Positions 61,930-64,000 of a DNA stretch of 64,000 nucleotides are shown piece after piece. The translations under genes were made by a program, and so were the position numbers. Numbering within the stretch: the stretch's first letter is position 1; each line of letters begins with the position of its first letter. Below the pieces are notes generated by a model, which had not been told where the DNA came from, ran no database searches, and saw only the letters and a program-made list of their open reading frames with translations. Origin of the DNA: a virus (lineage: Duplodnaviria > Heunggongvirae > Uroviricota > Caudoviricetes); the IMG/VR virus record IMGVR_UViG_3300042564_004805, positions 64,001-128,000 of that record. One strand, 5' to 3'.

Positions 61930-63104
61930 CAAAATTGAAAATAGGCGTCTATGCTCCGGCATTGAACGAGAACAAAAATGCTGCTGCTTGGGCCCTGTCA
62001 TGTGCAGATGCTGATTACCGAGTAGTAATAGATACAGGCAGCACAGATGATACAAAACAAATTTTACAAGAGAATAAAGTTTCTGTATATGATACATTGA
62101 TCAGTCCTTGGCGTTTTGATGATGCATATAATATCGCAATGAGTTTGTTACCAGCTGATTGTGATGTATGCATTTGTCTTCATATGGATGAACGTCTTGA
62201 TAACGGCTGGCGAGAACTGTTGGAAAAGTCATGGACACCAGAAACCACTAGACTTAGATATACATATATTTGGAATTGGTTGTCACCTGGTGTGCCTGGC
62301 CGCATCTGGAATGGAGATCGCATCCATGCGCGACGAGGTTTTCGATGGGTAGGTGCGACTCACGAAGGGTTATGCAGCCGTGTGCCTGAAGTTCAAACCA
62401 GTTGCCCCGAGCTGCGTATCCTCCACTACCCTGAATTCAAAAACAAAAACGGCGATCTACCATTGCTTCAGGAAGCAGTGAGAGAATATCCTCACGATGC
62501 ACGCATGCGAGCTTATCTGGGCAGAGAATATATGTATCGAGGTATGAAGGAAGATTGCATCAAAACTTACAAAGAGTTCTTGACAATGCCTTGCTGGAAT
62601 GTAGAGCGAGGATTTGCAATGCAAAACTTGGCATCAGTGGATGATGAAAACAAAGAGTTCTGGTTGAAGATGGCTACTATGGAAACTCCAAATCATAGAG
62701 AGCCATTGGTTGAGCTAGCTCGATATTATTATACAAAAGCCAATTGGGGTGAATGCTACAAACATGCTGTAAAAGCCCTAGAGATCACTCAACATCCAAT
62801 GGACTACACTTGTAACGAAGACTCATGGAGTTGGTTACCACATGATCTTGCCAGCATAAGTGCTTGGAATTTGGGGTTAAGAACAGAAAGCTTAGATTAC
62901 GCTTCCAAGGCGGTTGAACACAATTCAAATGATGGCAGACTAAAAAACAACCTTAAGATTATCCAAGATTGGTTTGACAGCAATGTGGAAAAATCAACAG
63001 AAACTGTTGTCTTAGTGCCCAACCTTCAAAATACAGACAATGATGTGGCAGTAGTCCTGAACGATAATGAGGCTACACTGGACTCAACTGAGGTCAATGA
63101 GTAG
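61926..63104 (+). CDS. GT2 glycosyltransferase with TPR repeats (tandem paralogue)
   Basis: [30 protein letters not shown] and THE. Confidence 0.88.
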   Translation: MTKLKIGVYAPALNENKNAAAWALSCADADYRVVIDTGSTDDTKQILQENKVSVYDTLISPWRFDDAYNIAMSLLPADCDVCICLHMDERLDNGWRELLEKSWTPETTRLRYTYIWNWLSPGVPGRIWNGDRIHARRGFRWVGATHEGLCSRVPEVQTSCPELRILHYPEFKNKNGDLPLLQEAVREYPHDARMRAYLGREYMYRGMKEDCIKTYKEFLTMPCWNVERGFAMQNLASVDDENKEFWLKMATMETPNHREPLVELARYYYTKANWGECYKHAVKALEITQHPMDYTCNEDSWSWLPHDLASISAWNLGLRTESLDYASKAVEHNSNDGRLKNNLKIIQDWFDSNVEKSTETVVLVPNLQNTDNDVAVVLNDNEATLDSTEVNE

Positions 63105-63342
63105 CGTTGGAATTCCGAGGAGGGCGCTTTTGTCGGTAGACAATGCGTCCTTTCGTCAAATCATATGCGCTTAGCTCTACGGTCACATGATCAAGATGAT
63201 GGACATTGATGTTGTTGATTCTCAATTTGCCAGCCAAGTGAGCTAGTATTGTAAGTCCGTTTTCCAATTGTACTCTGAACAGACTGTTGGGACAAACTTC
63301 AATAACTGTGCCGTTGACTGTGATGTAATCTTCTTTGCTCAT
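63094..63342 (-). CDS. infA: Translation initiation factor IF-1
   Basis: MSKEDYI.V.G.V.E..PN..FRV.LENG..ILAH.AGK.R...I....[17 protein letters not shown]. Confidence 0.93.
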   Translation of the reverse strand: MSKEDYITVNGTVIEVCPNSLFRVQLENGLTILAHLAGKLRINNINVHHLDHVTVELSAYDLTKGRIVYRQKRPPRNSNATH

Positions 63343-63433
63343 ATAAGGTATTTAGGCAAGTCGTTATGTACCATCCTGATAGCCTTTTTCCTCAACACCA
63401 TTAAGTGTAATATGAAAGCATTGACAGTTATTT

Positions 63434-63883
63434 TTGCATAGCTCCAGGGAGTCCAGTAGACTCATCTCAGAAGATGATTTAAGGCTTCAACCTATTATGA
63501 ACAGCATCCACTACATAAGTTGGCGAACATGGCAAGAAGAGGAAGTTACTACTCCTTGGGTCTGGTATCCCTTACAACAGGGCCACATGTATAAAAAAAG
63601 AACATCCTGCAAGAGCTCATTGACTGTAACTGAGGAATTGGTAGCTGATGCGTTTCAAACCAAGAACCAATCACTGCTAGATGAAATCAACCAAAATTAT
63701 ATTCAAGATGTGGAGTTGGCTTCGTTTATTGTTGCCGAGTCAGAAAATCAAGCTGTGACTGAAATCTTGCAGTATTTTCCTGATGCGGAAATCACCCGTT
63801 GCCAGCAAATTGAACCTCAAACAAAACAACAGATACTAGAGCTGTTTGATCAAGCCATCAGAAAAAAAGAGCTGGGAAAATAA
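63434..63883 (+). CDS. Hypothetical protein (start uncertain)
   Basis: 149-aa open frame; the TTG start is doubtful. Confidence 0.45.
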   Translation: MHSSRESSRLISEDDLRLQPIMNSIHYISWRTWQEEEVTTPWVWYPLQQGHMYKKRTSCKSSLTVTEELVADAFQTKNQSLLDEINQNYIQDVELASFIVAESENQAVTEILQYFPDAEITRCQQIEPQTKQQILELFDQAIRKKELGK

Positions 63884-63893
63884 TTCCCAGCTC
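63862..63893 (-). terminator. Intrinsic terminator (10-bp stem GAGCTGGGAA/TTCCCAGCTC followed by a T run on the minus strand)
   Basis: Read directly between convergent reading frames at the window end. Confidence 0.6.
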
Positions 63894-64000
63894 AGGTAGT
63901 ATCCAAGTTTTTTGTTTTTGAGGTTAAATCTTAACCTGTTTGGTGGCGCGGATAGCAGCCTCCTTGGTATGAGTAACAGCTACAGCCACCCACTGCTGGG

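Noticed and set aside
1-64000. Genome-wide stop-codon reassignment suggested by in-frame stops at 1452, 45667, 45673 and 45772
   Set aside because: Long genes are intact under the standard code and end cleanly in TAA, TAG or TGA with coupled overlaps. The internal stops are of two kinds and confined to two loci.
63895-64000. Partial minus-strand ORF at the right edge (...QQWVAVAVTHTKEAAIRATKQVKI*)
   Set aside because: Too little sequence to assign; only its likely terminator is reported.

Overview
This window is part of a large, AT-leaning dsDNA phage genome, most likely a T4-related jumbo-type myovirus. It is not a bacterial chromosome, even though it carries many host-like genes. Support: a gp43-like family B DNA polymerase, a DsbA-like protein, TATAAATA late-promoter boxes, a GAF-domain holin-like gene, tail-fibre chaperone domains and very tight gene packing. 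Most genes are on the minus strand; plus-strand blocks lie at about 11.3-13.0 kb and 56.1-63.1 kb. Layout: (1) 1-1.9 kb, replication genes. (2) 2.9-10.6 kb, three giant ORFs that read as strings of unrelated small domains (ADP-ribosyltransferase-like, GNAT, Zn-deaminase, HsdS-like, ParB-like, basic Cys peptides). Nearly every domain ends in a [LVT]-x-E motif, so these look like protease-processed polyproteins of virion-packaged effectors, and they are the strongest candidate for an undescribed system. (3) 11-21 kb, sirtuin, serine recombinase, SAM decarboxylase, UvsE, a bacterial DUF350-DUF1190-glutathionylspermidine-synthase-like operon, DNA ligase and an HD hydrolase, partly GC-richer and with sigma70 promoters. 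(4) 21.6-36 kb, a sugar-synthesis and glycan-tailoring locus with an Fe-S carrier. (5) 36-52 kb, a fibre/adhesin region: six RCC1 propellers ordered as two C-B-A triplets, polyglycine proteins, a Gly-X-Ser collagen-like protein and a GT2 pseudogene fused to a fibre remnant. (6) 52.8-56 kb, ClpA-like and DnaJ-like genes. (7) 56-63 kb, holin plus a second capsule-like modification operon, then IF-1. I found no tRNA, rRNA, CRISPR array or transposase. All family assignments come from motif recognition by eye; no database searches were run.
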